Notes: generated by a model from the letters alone, not told the origin. A stretch of 64,000 bases of DNA from Planctomycetota bacterium (GCA_044222185.1 JBGANV010000001.1:1152001-1216000); one strand, 5' to 3'; shown: positions 17,859-27,848, counted from the stretch's first letter. Translations and numbers: made by a program.

Positions 17859-19985
17859 TCACTTCTTGAACTGGATCGGCTTCCCGTCGAGTCCGGGCGT
17901 GGCCGCGAGCCCGAGCAGCGCCTCCACCGTCGGGTGGATGTCCGCCACGTCCGCGACGGACTGCGACGGCGGAAGCGACGAGAAGAGCACGCCGGGGACC
18001 ACGTCCGGATCGACGGAGCAGTGATCACCGCTCCAGAGACTTCGATTGGGCTGGAACACCGGCTCGTCCATCGCGCCGAGCGTGCACTGCCACGAGACAC
18101 GGAAGCCAGACTCGAACCCGAGCACCAGATCCGCGGATTCGTTCACGCGATCACCGGAGTAGATCTCCTCCCGCGGTTTCACCGACCTCACGACGGGCTG
18201 CCCCTCGTGGCGAAGCCCGAGGAGCCGCTTGCGAATCTCCTCCACGAGCGCGCCGCGCTCGGTCGGTTGCACCGCGCCGTTGGGCTCCCGTCCCGCGAGG
18301 TTGACGTAGATCTTGCCGAGCCCCATGGAGTAGGCCTTCGTCTTCGTCCAGTCGACGCCGGGGAACAGCGACGTACCGCCGATGGAACGTTCGACAGTCC
18401 GCGTCTCGCCATCGGCCGTGCCGACCAGCAGGCCCTCCTCGGCGAGCCACCGGTTGAGGTTGACCGAGACACGGAACGGCGCGAAGCCGTGATCGGAGAC
18501 GACGAACAGGATGTCGCCGCCACGGAGGAATTCCTTGCGGACACGGCCGACCAGGCGGTCGAGGCGCACGTAGGCGTCGAGGATCGGGTTCCCACGTCGT
18601 GCGACCGCGGCCGGATCGTGGCGCGGATGTGCGGGGTCGAGGTCCCTCCAGAAGAGGTGCTGGGCGCGGTCCGGGGTCGACAGCACGCAGAAGAAGCACC
18701 GCCAATCGGTGCGTGCGAGCGTGCGCGCCACCATCTGCTCGCGGCGCGCGTCCAGTTCCTCGACGTCGGAGAGGAACGTGGCCTCGTCGATGACCTCGTC
18801 CTGCAGCGGATTCGTGGCACAAGCCCAGCCGAGCGTGTCGAAGGGCCCGTCGGCGCAGAGGTCCGAGCCGAAGTCGAGCGGCGCGGTGATCGGCGCGAAC
18901 GGTGATTGCTCGACCGGGTCGAAGCACGTGGGCTCCTGGTAGAGGACCGTCCGCGCACCGCCTTCGAGCAAGCGGAATCGCGTGAGTCCGTGGAGAGACG
19001 TACCCGGGGCCACTCCGAACGTCACGGGCATGAACGGCGTCCAGCGCGACTCCGCCACCTCCTCCAGAGCCTGTCCCACGCCGACCGTGACGCGGCGCTC
19101 CTCGCGCGACGCGCGCGCCGTCACGTTCACGCTGATGCGAGTCTTCGTGAACGGAGAGATCGGCCCCTGCACCGAGATGTCGCCGAGGGTGCCATCGGGA
19201 CGCACGGCGATCGGCAGGACGCGACAACCAGTCGGAGTGATGCGGCGCTCGGGCGGAACGGGCTCCTCGCGATAGACGGTCACCGTCCCCGGCGTCCCCA
19301 TCATGTCCGGAACGCCCAGTCCGCAGAGGATTCGCCCGTGCTTGAGCTCGGGCGCGGGAAACGCCATCGGCGCGAGCAACGACGCCGAACCAACCCCGTC
19401 GCGATCGAGACGCTCCCAGATCGCCTCGCCGCCGCGTGCGTTGATCGGCACGATCATGTCGTCGGGGATCGAGGCGACGACGGCGCCCGCCGCAGCACCG
19501 ACGGACATCACGGTCGCGCAGGCCATCAGCAATCCGGATCGCGCACCGCGACGACGCCACATCCTGACGGCCATGCCCGCGCCGGCGGCAGCGAGCGCGC
19601 CCACCACCCACCAGGCGATACGCCTCGGAAACAGGTGTCTGGGCTCGACCAGTGCCAGCTCGGCCGTGACGTCGTTCCCCTTGAATCCTCGACGGAGGAA
19701 GTCGAAGACGCCGGTGCGACCCGGATTGCGTCCGGTCGTGAGCGTGGCCCAGGAGACCGGAGACTGTGCCGGGTTGGTGGGGCGCAGGGGAATCAACCCG
19801 CCTGATGCGGCGAGGTCCGCGAGCGCCGGCAAGCGCCCCTCGGCGATCCAGCGGGACGTGAGCGCGAAGTCGAGCCCGTCCACGCCGATGACGACGACCC
19901 GAGCCTGAGACTGCGCCACCGCGGTCGCATGAAACGACGACGCCGCCAGCGCGACCAGGGCGAGTCGGAGCAGATCACTCCTCAT
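17859..19985 (-). CDS. alkaline phosphatase superfamily, type I phosphodiesterase/nucleotide pyrophosphatase, exported and membrane-anchored
   Basis: Signal peptide, VVVIGVDGLD, PAQSPVSWATLTTGRNPG, PDRAQHLFW, VVSDHGF, WSGDHC; internal TM hairpin. Confidence 0.88.
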   Translation of the reverse strand: MRSDLLRLALVALAASSFHATAVAQSQARVVVIGVDGLDFALTSRWIAEGRLPALADLAASGGLIPLRPTNPAQSPVSWATLTTGRNPGRTGVFDFLRRGFKGNDVTAELALVEPRHLFPRRIAWWVVGALAAAGAGMAVRMWRRRGARSGLLMACATVMSVGAAAGAVVASIPDDMIVPINARGGEAIWERLDRDGVGSASLLAPMAFPAPELKHGRILCGLGVPDMMGTPGTVTVYREEPVPPERRITPTGCRVLPIAVRPDGTLGDISVQGPISPFTKTRISVNVTARASREERRVTVGVGQALEEVAESRWTPFMPVTFGVAPGTSLHGLTRFRLLEGGARTVLYQEPTCFDPVEQSPFAPITAPLDFGSDLCADGPFDTLGWACATNPLQDEVIDEATFLSDVEELDARREQMVARTLARTDWRCFFCVLSTPDRAQHLFWRDLDPAHPRHDPAAVARRGNPILDAYVRLDRLVGRVRKEFLRGGDILFVVSDHGFAPFRVSVNLNRWLAEEGLLVGTADGETRTVERSIGGTSLFPGVDWTKTKAYSMGLGKIYVNLAGREPNGAVQPTERGALVEEIRKRLLGLRHEGQPVVRSVKPREEIYSGDRVNESADLVLGFESGFRVSWQCTLGAMDEPVFQPNRSLWSGDHCSVDPDVVPGVLFSSLPPSQSVADVADIHPTVEALLGLAATPGLDGKPIQFKK

Positions 19986-19995
19986 CGAATTCGAT

Positions 19996-21351
19996 TCACT
20001 TCCCGCCACGGATCTCGCGGACGTAGATGTTGCCGAACTGAATCGGCGCACCGTGGTGCTGCAGGGCGATGGGACCCGATGCGGGTACGCCCGGCAGCTG
20101 CGCGTCCTCGATCACGCGCTCTCCGTTGAGCGTCACGGTCAAGCGATCACCGACCATGCGGATCCGGAAGCGGTTCCACTGACCGATGGGTGCGTCAGCC
20201 TTCTTCTTCGGGGTGACGCCCGCTCGCACCGCCGGCGAACTCGCGGGATCGGTTCGATACCCATACACCTCGCCGGATCCGATCGGCCAGCACCAGATGT
20301 TCACTTGCGACTTGTCGTTGCCGCGCAGGTAGATCCCACTGTCACCCGCCTCCTGGACCTTCACGGTCTTGGGTTTGCCATCGTCGCCCTTGGGTGACGT
20401 GCCGTCCGGCAGAACCACCGGAACTTCCTTCTCCTCCGGCTTCCCCGTCCAACGCCAGTCCACGATCAATTCCACGTCGCCGAACGACTCCTCGCTCCAA
20501 AGGTGGTCGCCCTTCCCGTCGTAGTTCAGGGTCCAGTCGTCGACGGTCCAATGCGCCTTCTGCTTGTCGTCGGCCTTCCATCCCGTCAGATCCACGCCGT
20601 TGAACAGGGTGCGAAAGCCTTCATCCGTCAGCGCGACCTGCTCCGCGGCGAGCGCGCCCGATGACGGAAGCTCGGTGATCACGAGGTTCTTGAAGTCGAT
20701 GGGCGAACCCTCGGACTCGAGGCAGATGTAGCCCTTCCGCGGGTTGATGTCGTAGCCACCGCTGACTTCCTTGCCGTTGACCTCGAGCTTGAGCGTGCCG
20801 TTCTTCGCGACGATCCGGTAGTGATTCCATTCTCCGGCGCCCTTCGTCCGCGATTCGCTGGGCAGGCAGCGCTCCCAGCCGCCTGGATGGGGCCGATCGG
20901 GCTTCATGTGCGCGCCATGGATCGAGAACACGTCGCCCTGGCTCGTGTAGTTGGGGGTCTCGTGACCGAGCATCACCTGCACCTCGATCGATCGGGTGAA
21001 TGGCTGACCGCGGGCGGTGATCGGGTCCGACCAGATGAAGATCCCCGCATTGCCGCCAGCATCGTGGTGCATCCAGTCGACTTCCAGGATGAAGTTTTCG
21101 AACTGGCGATCCGTGCAAAGAACGCCCGTCGGGTGACCCGAGCAGTGGATCATCCCGTCTTTCACGGTCCATGTACTCGGCGCTCCGTTCACGTTCTTCC
21201 AACCGGTCAGGTCCTTGCCGTTGAAGAGCGGTACCGGTTTGGACGACTCCGTGGGCGGCGTCTGCGCGCATGCAGGGTCGGGCAGGAGCGCTGCCAGCGC
21301 AACCAGGCTGAAGGCCACGATCCACGACGGGTTCGAAGTGATGGTTCCCAC
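19996..21351 (-). CDS. secreted tandem DUF1080 (3-keto-disaccharide hydrolase-like) protein
   Basis: Two LFNGxDLTGW...WN...R...NG...GxIxL(E/Q) domains; AGGAG RBS; signal peptide ending PACA-Q. Confidence 0.9.
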   Translation of the reverse strand: MGTITSNPSWIVAFSLVALAALLPDPACAQTPPTESSKPVPLFNGKDLTGWKNVNGAPSTWTVKDGMIHCSGHPTGVLCTDRQFENFILEVDWMHHDAGGNAGIFIWSDPITARGQPFTRSIEVQVMLGHETPNYTSQGDVFSIHGAHMKPDRPHPGGWERCLPSESRTKGAGEWNHYRIVAKNGTLKLEVNGKEVSGGYDINPRKGYICLESEGSPIDFKNLVITELPSSGALAAEQVALTDEGFRTLFNGVDLTGWKADDKQKAHWTVDDWTLNYDGKGDHLWSEESFGDVELIVDWRWTGKPEEKEVPVVLPDGTSPKGDDGKPKTVKVQEAGDSGIYLRGNDKSQVNIWCWPIGSGEVYGYRTDPASSPAVRAGVTPKKKADAPIGQWNRFRIRMVGDRLTVTLNGERVIEDAQLPGVPASGPIALQHHGAPIQFGNIYVREIRGGK

Positions 21352-21470
21352 GTCCAGTCTCCTATCCGGTGACGGCGAATGCCGGCGCAGACGTTAGCGC
21401 AAGCGGGCTCGTTTCAGAGGCTCGGCGAGGGGTTTCACGAACGGCTTGCGCCAGCGGGCGGCGATCGACG

Positions 21471-23729
21471 TCAAACGCCCCGGCGCATCCGCTGGTCGAA
21501 CCATTCGTACCGGCCCTCGCGCTTCCATCGCACGGACTTCGCTCCGAGATACTGGGCGAGGTTCTGTGTGAAGGCATACAGCGGCGTCTTGAGGGTCCAC
21601 CACAAGCGGTAGGCGACACTGCGGTCGTCACGCCAGACTACGGGCAGGAGGTGGCACAGCGCCTTCACGGAAAAGAGCGGAACCATCCACCATCTTGGAA
21701 TCGTGTGGAGTCCCACGAGGTCGTGGATGTTCTGATGGTCGAGGTAGACCCGGCGGAACTCGTAGAGCACGGGACTGTTGTGCGAGTGGATGACGACGGA
21801 TCCCGGATCGTTCACGAGACGCCAGCCACCAAGGATCGCCTGCCGCCCCCATGCGATGTCCTCGCCGAACTGTCGCTTCTCGAACGGGATCGTCTCCATG
21901 GTCGACTTGCGGACGCATGAGGCCACGTCGTCGAACGCGATCAGCCGGTAGCGCTCGAACGGATGCATGCGATCCCACGCAGCGCGGTCGGCGAGGTGTT
22001 TCACTTCGGGGGCGCCCGACTCCTTGGTCCAACCCTTCAGGCGATCGCGTTGGAACGGGTTGCAGTCCGGTCGGGGCAACTGGTGGCAATACGCTCCGGC
22101 TACGCGGGGATCGTCGAAGTTGCCGACGAGCCTCTCCAACCAGTTCTCGTCGATCGGCTCCGCATCCTGGGTCAGCAACGCGACGATCTCACCGTGGGCC
22201 TCGCGAACCGCTCGGTTGCGAGTGAGACCGTGGTTGAACTCGGAGTTCGGAATCTGGATCAACCGGACGGAGGGGCGCTTCTGCACCATCTCCACGGTCC
22301 CGTCCTTCGAGCCCGAGTCGATGACCAACACCTCGTAGTCGAACGAGGTCTTCTGGGCGAGAATCCTGTCGAGCACGGTTTCGAACAGTGGACCGCCGTT
22401 CCAAGTCGGCACGAACACGGTTGCGTAGGGCCGGCCAGATCCCTTGCGTTTGCGCGCCGCGGCCGCCGGATCGACGGGGGCGCGCGAGCCGACTCCGGAC
22501 CTCACCCGCGAGTAATGCTCGGCCGTCTCGCGAGCGCAGTCCGCCATGGCGCGTACCGGCGGGATCGAGGCCACCAGCTGGCGGTACTTCTCCGGATCGT
22601 CCACGAGGTCGGCGAGCACTGATCGGAGCTGCTCGGGGTCGCCGGGCCGGACGAACACCCCGCCCCGCCCCGGCTCGAACGCCTCGCGCATCCCGCCCAT
22701 CTCCGTTGCGATCACCGGGACGCCGGCCAGTTGGGCCTCCCGGATCGTGAGGCAGAACGACTCCCACCAGAGCGAGGGGACCACGAGCAGGTCGATCTCG
22801 CGAAGGATCTCCGGAACCGTCGCGGGCTCGTACCCGCCAGCGAACCGGACGTCCAGCCAGGGGTGCGCGAGGTCCCGCAGCCGTCCTTCAAACCCCGAGT
22901 CACCGTGAAAGTTCGGGGCGTCCCCGTGGATGGTGAGCCGGACCTCCTTTCGCGCCAGGCGATTGAACGCCTCGACGAGGATGTGGGTCCCCTTCGACGG
23001 GATGACGGAGCCGATGAAGCCGATCGTCCGCACGAATTCGCGGGGCCGCCGAGCGCGCTCGAACCCCCGGCTCGACAGTCCGTGAGGGACCGTGACCATG
23101 CGGTCGGCGTCCAGACCGAACTCCGCCATGCGCTGCCCGTGTGCTCGTGATGGCGAGATCAGCAGATCGCACCGCAGGAGCCGGGCGCGAAGCTCTGGGT
23201 CCAACGCTCGCAGCCCTTCGCCCGTGATGTCGAAGTGGGGCCAGAGTTCCTTCAGGCAACGGGCACAGCGGTCACGATCGAGTTCGACGCACACCTCCAG
23301 GTCCTTCCGAATTCGCTGGCCACGCGGGCAGACCATCCAGAAGTCGTGGAGCGTCATGACGAGCTTCGCTCCGCGCTCCGCGACGCGATCGAGGATGCCG
23401 GTCGAGAGGCATGTGAGATGGTGGACGTGAACGAGGTCGGGCTTCCACGCATCGATCGTTTCGCAGAACGCCGCCTCGATCCTCTCGTTGCGGTGGATCC
23501 AGCGGAAGCTCGCGGCATCCTGGAAGTTGTAGTTCAGCGCGACGACCGGGATGCCATCCACCGCGTAGCGGCGCACGTCGTAGTCGGGCCTGGCCACGTC
23601 GCCTTCGCGGCAGAAAACCAGGACCTCGTGACCGAGGTCCATCAGGCCACGCGCCAGGTCCCGCGCATGAAGCTCCGTGCCGCCACGACTCTGGGGCACG
23701 AAGCCCGCCGCCACGAAGAGGATCCGCAT
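21471..23729 (-). CDS. bifunctional glycosyltransferase: N-terminal GT4 plus C-terminal GT2 (rhamnosyltransferase-like)
   Basis: RGGTE, TLHDFWMVCPRG, KG, PSLWWESFCLTIREA; then VPTWNGG, IDSGSKDGT, FNHGLTRN, LTQDA. Confidence 0.9.
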   Translation of the reverse strand: MRILFVAAGFVPQSRGGTELHARDLARGLMDLGHEVLVFCREGDVARPDYDVRRYAVDGIPVVALNYNFQDAASFRWIHRNERIEAAFCETIDAWKPDLVHVHHLTCLSTGILDRVAERGAKLVMTLHDFWMVCPRGQRIRKDLEVCVELDRDRCARCLKELWPHFDITGEGLRALDPELRARLLRCDLLISPSRAHGQRMAEFGLDADRMVTVPHGLSSRGFERARRPREFVRTIGFIGSVIPSKGTHILVEAFNRLARKEVRLTIHGDAPNFHGDSGFEGRLRDLAHPWLDVRFAGGYEPATVPEILREIDLLVVPSLWWESFCLTIREAQLAGVPVIATEMGGMREAFEPGRGGVFVRPGDPEQLRSVLADLVDDPEKYRQLVASIPPVRAMADCARETAEHYSRVRSGVGSRAPVDPAAAARKRKGSGRPYATVFVPTWNGGPLFETVLDRILAQKTSFDYEVLVIDSGSKDGTVEMVQKRPSVRLIQIPNSEFNHGLTRNRAVREAHGEIVALLTQDAEPIDENWLERLVGNFDDPRVAGAYCHQLPRPDCNPFQRDRLKGWTKESGAPEVKHLADRAAWDRMHPFERYRLIAFDDVASCVRKSTMETIPFEKRQFGEDIAWGRQAILGGWRLVNDPGSVVIHSHNSPVLYEFRRVYLDHQNIHDLVGLHTIPRWWMVPLFSVKALCHLLPVVWRDDRSVAYRLWWTLKTPLYAFTQNLAQYLGAKSVRWKREGRYEWFDQRMRRGV

Positions 23730-23735
23730 GCTCGA

Positions 23736-26700
23736 TCACCGTCGCCGGCCGCGCGCGGCCGATTCCAGAAGTCGCCGATAGTGCCCCTCGGTCGATACGG
23801 CGTCCTCGCGGATGTCGCGGATCGACGAGCGGAGCGGCCTGAGGCGGTCGCACAGCCCCCGGTCCGTCACGAAACGCATGAGCTTCCGCGCGAGGTCGGC
23901 CGCATCGCCCATCTTGAACCGGAAACCGTCCACACCGTCCTGGACCATCTCGGCCATCCCACCCTCATCCGAAGTCACCACCGGCACCTCGGCCATGAAC
24001 GCCTCGTGGATCGTGAGCGGAGAGTTCTCCCACCACAGGCTGGGAACCACGAGCACGTCGATCTCCGCAAGAAGGTTCGCCACGTCCTTGTTGTCGTAAC
24101 GCCCGAGCAGGCTGATGCGCGGGTTCGTGATCCGCGACCGCAGTTCGGCGACGTATTGCGGGAAGATCTCCAGCGCTCCGTGAATTCGTCCTTCCACGGG
24201 AAACGCCGCGAGCGAGTTGAGCGCATCGACGAGGACGTTCAGCCCCTTGTACTCGGCGATCGTGCCCAGGTATCCGATGCGCAACAGCTCGGACGGCACC
24301 TTGGAACCGCCGCCGAATCGGCTGAGATCCTGCCCATATCGCCAGTGCACGATCTTCTCGACTGGCACTGCTTTCGATCGCAAGAAGACGTCGCGGAGGA
24401 ACACGCTCGGTGCGAAGAAGAAGTCCACGTTCCGAAGGGCGTCGAAGATCACCCGGATCCGCTCGACGATCGCCGCTTCCCGTCGTTCGGGTGAGGCACG
24501 CCCTGAACCGACCCGCGCCGAGCGACGCTCGACGCGGACACCGATCGACTTCATGCCCTTGGGCAGAAACCGCGTCATGGCACGGCCTGCGGCCCGACCG
24601 ATGCGGGCCACGAGCCCGGCCTCCATCACTCGGTGTTCGATGCAGTCGGCACAGCGCGCGGGCACGGGCTCGAGGCATCGCTCGTCGTCCGGTCGGCGCA
24701 TGATGCCGTCGCGAGCGCAGACGAGCATGTACTCGTGCAGCGTGCACACGACGGGAATCCCCCGGCGCTTCGCTCGGTCGATGATTCCAACCCCGAAGAA
24801 CTTCGTGTGCTGGAGGTGGACGACGTCGGGCCGGATACGCTCGAGCAGCGAGTCGAAGACCATCTCCATCCCCGAGTCCACGTAGGTCGACTCGAACGTC
24901 GCGAAGGCGTCGTGGTGGACGATTTCCGTGAACGGCAACCCGTCGAAGACCCCGTCGCGCGTCTCGTACTGCGGCCGGTCGGGACGGTTCTCGCAGAAGA
25001 CGAGGTGCACGTCGTTCCGTGTCTGTAGCGCCCGTGAAAGCTGGTAGGTGTATATCTCCGATCCCGCCGCGTGATACGGGAGGAAGTCGTGGATGACCAT
25101 CAGCACGCGAAGGCGATGCGGCAAGGCGTCGAGTCGGGCGACGAGCGCCTGGATCGACGTGCCCTTGCTTCCGGGTCGCGCGGAGGACCGCAGTGCGTCC
25201 AGGATCCGCTGGCGCTGCGCCACGTGGTCACGGAGCGCTGCCAGCCGGACACCCACGTCGCCGTCTGGCTCGCCCTCGGCGACGCCGAGCAGGCGTTCGA
25301 TCTCCCCGACCCGATCTGCTGCCGTCGCCGCGCCGCCATCCAGGTCGTCGACGCGTCGCCGCAGCTCGGCTTCGACACCGCGAAGTCGATCCATGGCCGC
25401 CGACGCCGTCTCGCACTCGAGTCGGAGATCCGCCGCCGAACGTTCCGCGCGAAACGCCCGCGCCCGCCACGAAGTGACCTCGCGAGCCTCGTCCGCCAGC
25501 GACACGGCGAGTCCCGCGGCCCGGCGCACGGCCTCGTCGCGAGCCCGGCGGTCGTCGGCCGCATCGGCTGCGACGCGCACCATCTCGAGTTCGGCGGTCC
25601 GCAGTTCGCGGGTCGCATCACGCCACCGTGCTTCGAACTCCGCAGCGAGTGCCGAGGCGTCGGCGGCGGCTCGACGCGCCGCATCGAGAGCGCGCTCGTG
25701 CTCGCCGATCGACGATTCGTAGCCGGAGATCGTCGAATCCCAGGCGGTGCGGGCCGCTTGATGATCCCGGTCGCGAGCTTCGGCCTCCTCACGAAGCCGC
25801 TGGAGCTCGGTTTCGAAGCGACCGATCGACTCCTGAAAGCCGGCGACGACGCCGTCCTTGGCGACCGAGGCGCTCTCGAGTTCCCGGATCCGCGCCTCAT
25901 CGGCTTCGATGCGTTCCTTGTGCAATTGAAGCGAGCGGAGGAGGTCGGCTACGTGTGCATGCAGCTCATGCGTCGAGCGCACGAACGCTTCGATCGCTGC
26001 ATCCTTGTCGGCCAGGGTGCGGCGGTACTCGCCGATGGAGGTCTCGAACGCCGCGACCACGGTGGCGCGTTGCTGGGCCTGCTCGCGGTGTTCCGCGAGC
26101 GACTTCTCGAAGTCGCCGATCACGGCTTCACGAGTCACGGCCTGGGCACGATGTTGCGCGAGCGACGCCTCGAACTCGGCGAGAACGAGGTCCTTCGCCG
26201 CGAGTTGCTCCCGATATTCCACGATCGACGCCTCGAAGCGAGACAGGTCGTCGTCCTTGCGGGCGACCTCCGCCGTGAGCGTCGCCACGGATTCGGAGGC
26301 GCCGTCGAACGCGCGTCGCAGGTCGTCCCATCGGATGCGCTCGCCGTCGAGTTCACCGCGAGCCTGGACGAGGTCGGTCGTGCGGATGTCGAGTCGTGCG
26401 GCGAGCCGCGCGGCCGATGACGTGGTTCGCGACCAGGGCACGACCCGCGGCCCTGCCGCCACCGCACGCTCGTAGATCTCACCGAGCCGCGTCGCGTGTT
26501 CGGACATGGGCGTGAGCGCAGGGATCGATGCCTTCCACGCATCGAGGCGCGAGGGGTCGGCCAGGACCTCCGAGATCCGGCTCGCGAGGCTCGACGCCGA
26601 CTCCGGCGCGAACGTGGCACCAGCCCCATGCAGGCGTTCCGCGAGCGCACCGCGGTCGGGAACGATGGCGGGCACACCCAGGCGGAATGCCTCATCGAGC

Positions 26701-27707
26701 ACGAACGAATACGACTCGGGAGCGATGGACGGGATGACGGCGACGTCGAAGCGGCGCCGGCCGATGTCCTCTGGACGAAAGCCGCCGGTGAATTCCACGG
26801 GAAGCCCAGCGGCGAGTTCCCGGATCCGCGCGTCGTAGGCCGGATCCGCCGCCGCGCCGAGACACCGGACCGACAGACGGCGGCGGTCGCGCTCGGGCAG
26901 CATCCGGAGGGCCTCGATGAGGATGTGAAGCCCTTTGAACGGAGCGAAATGGCCCCAGTGTGCCAGTCGCAGTACGGACGCCCGAGCCTCGCCTGCGTCG
27001 ACAGCCCAGGCAGGAGCGTGCCGCTCGAGGGTTCCGTGGGGAAGGACCGTGAAGCGCCGGAGCGGCATCTGCAGTTTGTCGGCGAGAATGAGCCGGTGCG
27101 ACACGCTGGGCACGATCACGGACTGAGCTCCCTCGATCTCGCTCCGCATGTCCGAGGCGAATGCCGAAATCTCGTCCGCCGCCTCGCCGTCCGACATCCA
27201 ATCGGGCCGTGGAACACAACGCAGGCAAGAGTCCACGGAGAGGTTCCGCATGCAGAGCGCCTCGTCCCTGACCCGAAACGCGCGTGGGCAGGATGCCATC
27301 ACGTCGTGCAGCGTCACGACGACGGGGATCCCCGCAGCGTTCGTCACAGCCACGAGGTCCCGCGTCAGCCGGATCCAGTGGTGGATGTGAACGACGTCCG
27401 GGCGAATCTCCCTGAGGGCCTCGCCGAACAGACGCGACGCCCGCGGGTCGTACGATTTGTGCCAGCTGTCGACGTACGCCCCGGTGCGGTGAAGACGCCG
27501 AATCGGGATCCCCTCGACGTCATCGGGCACGACCTCGGGCACGTCCTTCGATTGGAGGGATCCTGTGAAGACGTGGACGTCATCGCCTGCGGCGCGGAGC
27601 GCGAGAGCTGCCTCCAAGACGTAGTGCTCGGTGCCGCCCCGGCACTCGGGAACGAAACCGTGAACGACCTGGAGAACCTTGCGCGGCTCCGACTTTCGCA
27701 ACGTCAT
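23736..27707 (-). CDS. giant glycosyltransferase: GT4, about 445-aa coiled coil, GT4
   Basis: Two complete GT4 domains (RGGTE...PESYSFVLDEA; AGSE...ENSPLTIHEA) separated by an A/E/R/L heptad region; 1323 aa from ATG 27707. Confidence 0.88.
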   Translation of the reverse strand: MTLRKSEPRKVLQVVHGFVPECRGGTEHYVLEAALALRAAGDDVHVFTGSLQSKDVPEVVPDDVEGIPIRRLHRTGAYVDSWHKSYDPRASRLFGEALREIRPDVVHIHHWIRLTRDLVAVTNAAGIPVVVTLHDVMASCPRAFRVRDEALCMRNLSVDSCLRCVPRPDWMSDGEAADEISAFASDMRSEIEGAQSVIVPSVSHRLILADKLQMPLRRFTVLPHGTLERHAPAWAVDAGEARASVLRLAHWGHFAPFKGLHILIEALRMLPERDRRRLSVRCLGAAADPAYDARIRELAAGLPVEFTGGFRPEDIGRRRFDVAVIPSIAPESYSFVLDEAFRLGVPAIVPDRGALAERLHGAGATFAPESASSLASRISEVLADPSRLDAWKASIPALTPMSEHATRLGEIYERAVAAGPRVVPWSRTTSSAARLAARLDIRTTDLVQARGELDGERIRWDDLRRAFDGASESVATLTAEVARKDDDLSRFEASIVEYREQLAAKDLVLAEFEASLAQHRAQAVTREAVIGDFEKSLAEHREQAQQRATVVAAFETSIGEYRRTLADKDAAIEAFVRSTHELHAHVADLLRSLQLHKERIEADEARIRELESASVAKDGVVAGFQESIGRFETELQRLREEAEARDRDHQAARTAWDSTISGYESSIGEHERALDAARRAAADASALAAEFEARWRDATRELRTAELEMVRVAADAADDRRARDEAVRRAAGLAVSLADEAREVTSWRARAFRAERSAADLRLECETASAAMDRLRGVEAELRRRVDDLDGGAATAADRVGEIERLLGVAEGEPDGDVGVRLAALRDHVAQRQRILDALRSSARPGSKGTSIQALVARLDALPHRLRVLMVIHDFLPYHAAGSEIYTYQLSRALQTRNDVHLVFCENRPDRPQYETRDGVFDGLPFTEIVHHDAFATFESTYVDSGMEMVFDSLLERIRPDVVHLQHTKFFGVGIIDRAKRRGIPVVCTLHEYMLVCARDGIMRRPDDERCLEPVPARCADCIEHRVMEAGLVARIGRAAGRAMTRFLPKGMKSIGVRVERRSARVGSGRASPERREAAIVERIRVIFDALRNVDFFFAPSVFLRDVFLRSKAVPVEKIVHWRYGQDLSRFGGGSKVPSELLRIGYLGTIAEYKGLNVLVDALNSLAAFPVEGRIHGALEIFPQYVAELRSRITNPRISLLGRYDNKDVANLLAEIDVLVVPSLWWENSPLTIHEAFMAEVPVVTSDEGGMAEMVQDGVDGFRFKMGDAADLARKLMRFVTDRGLCDRLRPLRSSIRDIREDAVSTEGHYRRLLESAARGRRR
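25944..26258 (-). repeat. five tandem 63-nt (21-aa) degenerate repeats in the coiled coil
   Basis: KDDDLSRFEASIVEYREQLAA / KDLVLAEFEASLAQHRAQAVT / REAVIGDFEKSLAEHREQAQQ / RATVVAAFETSIGEYRRTLAD / KDAAIEAFVRSTHELHAHVAD. Confidence 0.8.
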
Positions 27708-27743
27708 CCTCGACGGAATCGGTGACGCCCGGTTCCGTCGAGG
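27708..27743 (-). promoter_or_regulatory. strong hairpin abutting the start codon of the giant glycosyltransferase
   Basis: Minus strand CCTCGACGGAA-C-CGG-GCGTCA-CCG-A-TTCCGTCGAGG is immediately followed by ATG. Confidence 0.5.
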
Positions 27744-27848
27744 GTCCGACGGATTACCGAGCCGTGCCGGCTCCGCACCATGGGTGCGGAGGATACCCAA
27801 CGAGAGCCTTCGCCTGAACGTCGGGCGCGAAAACCGGACGGGCTACGG

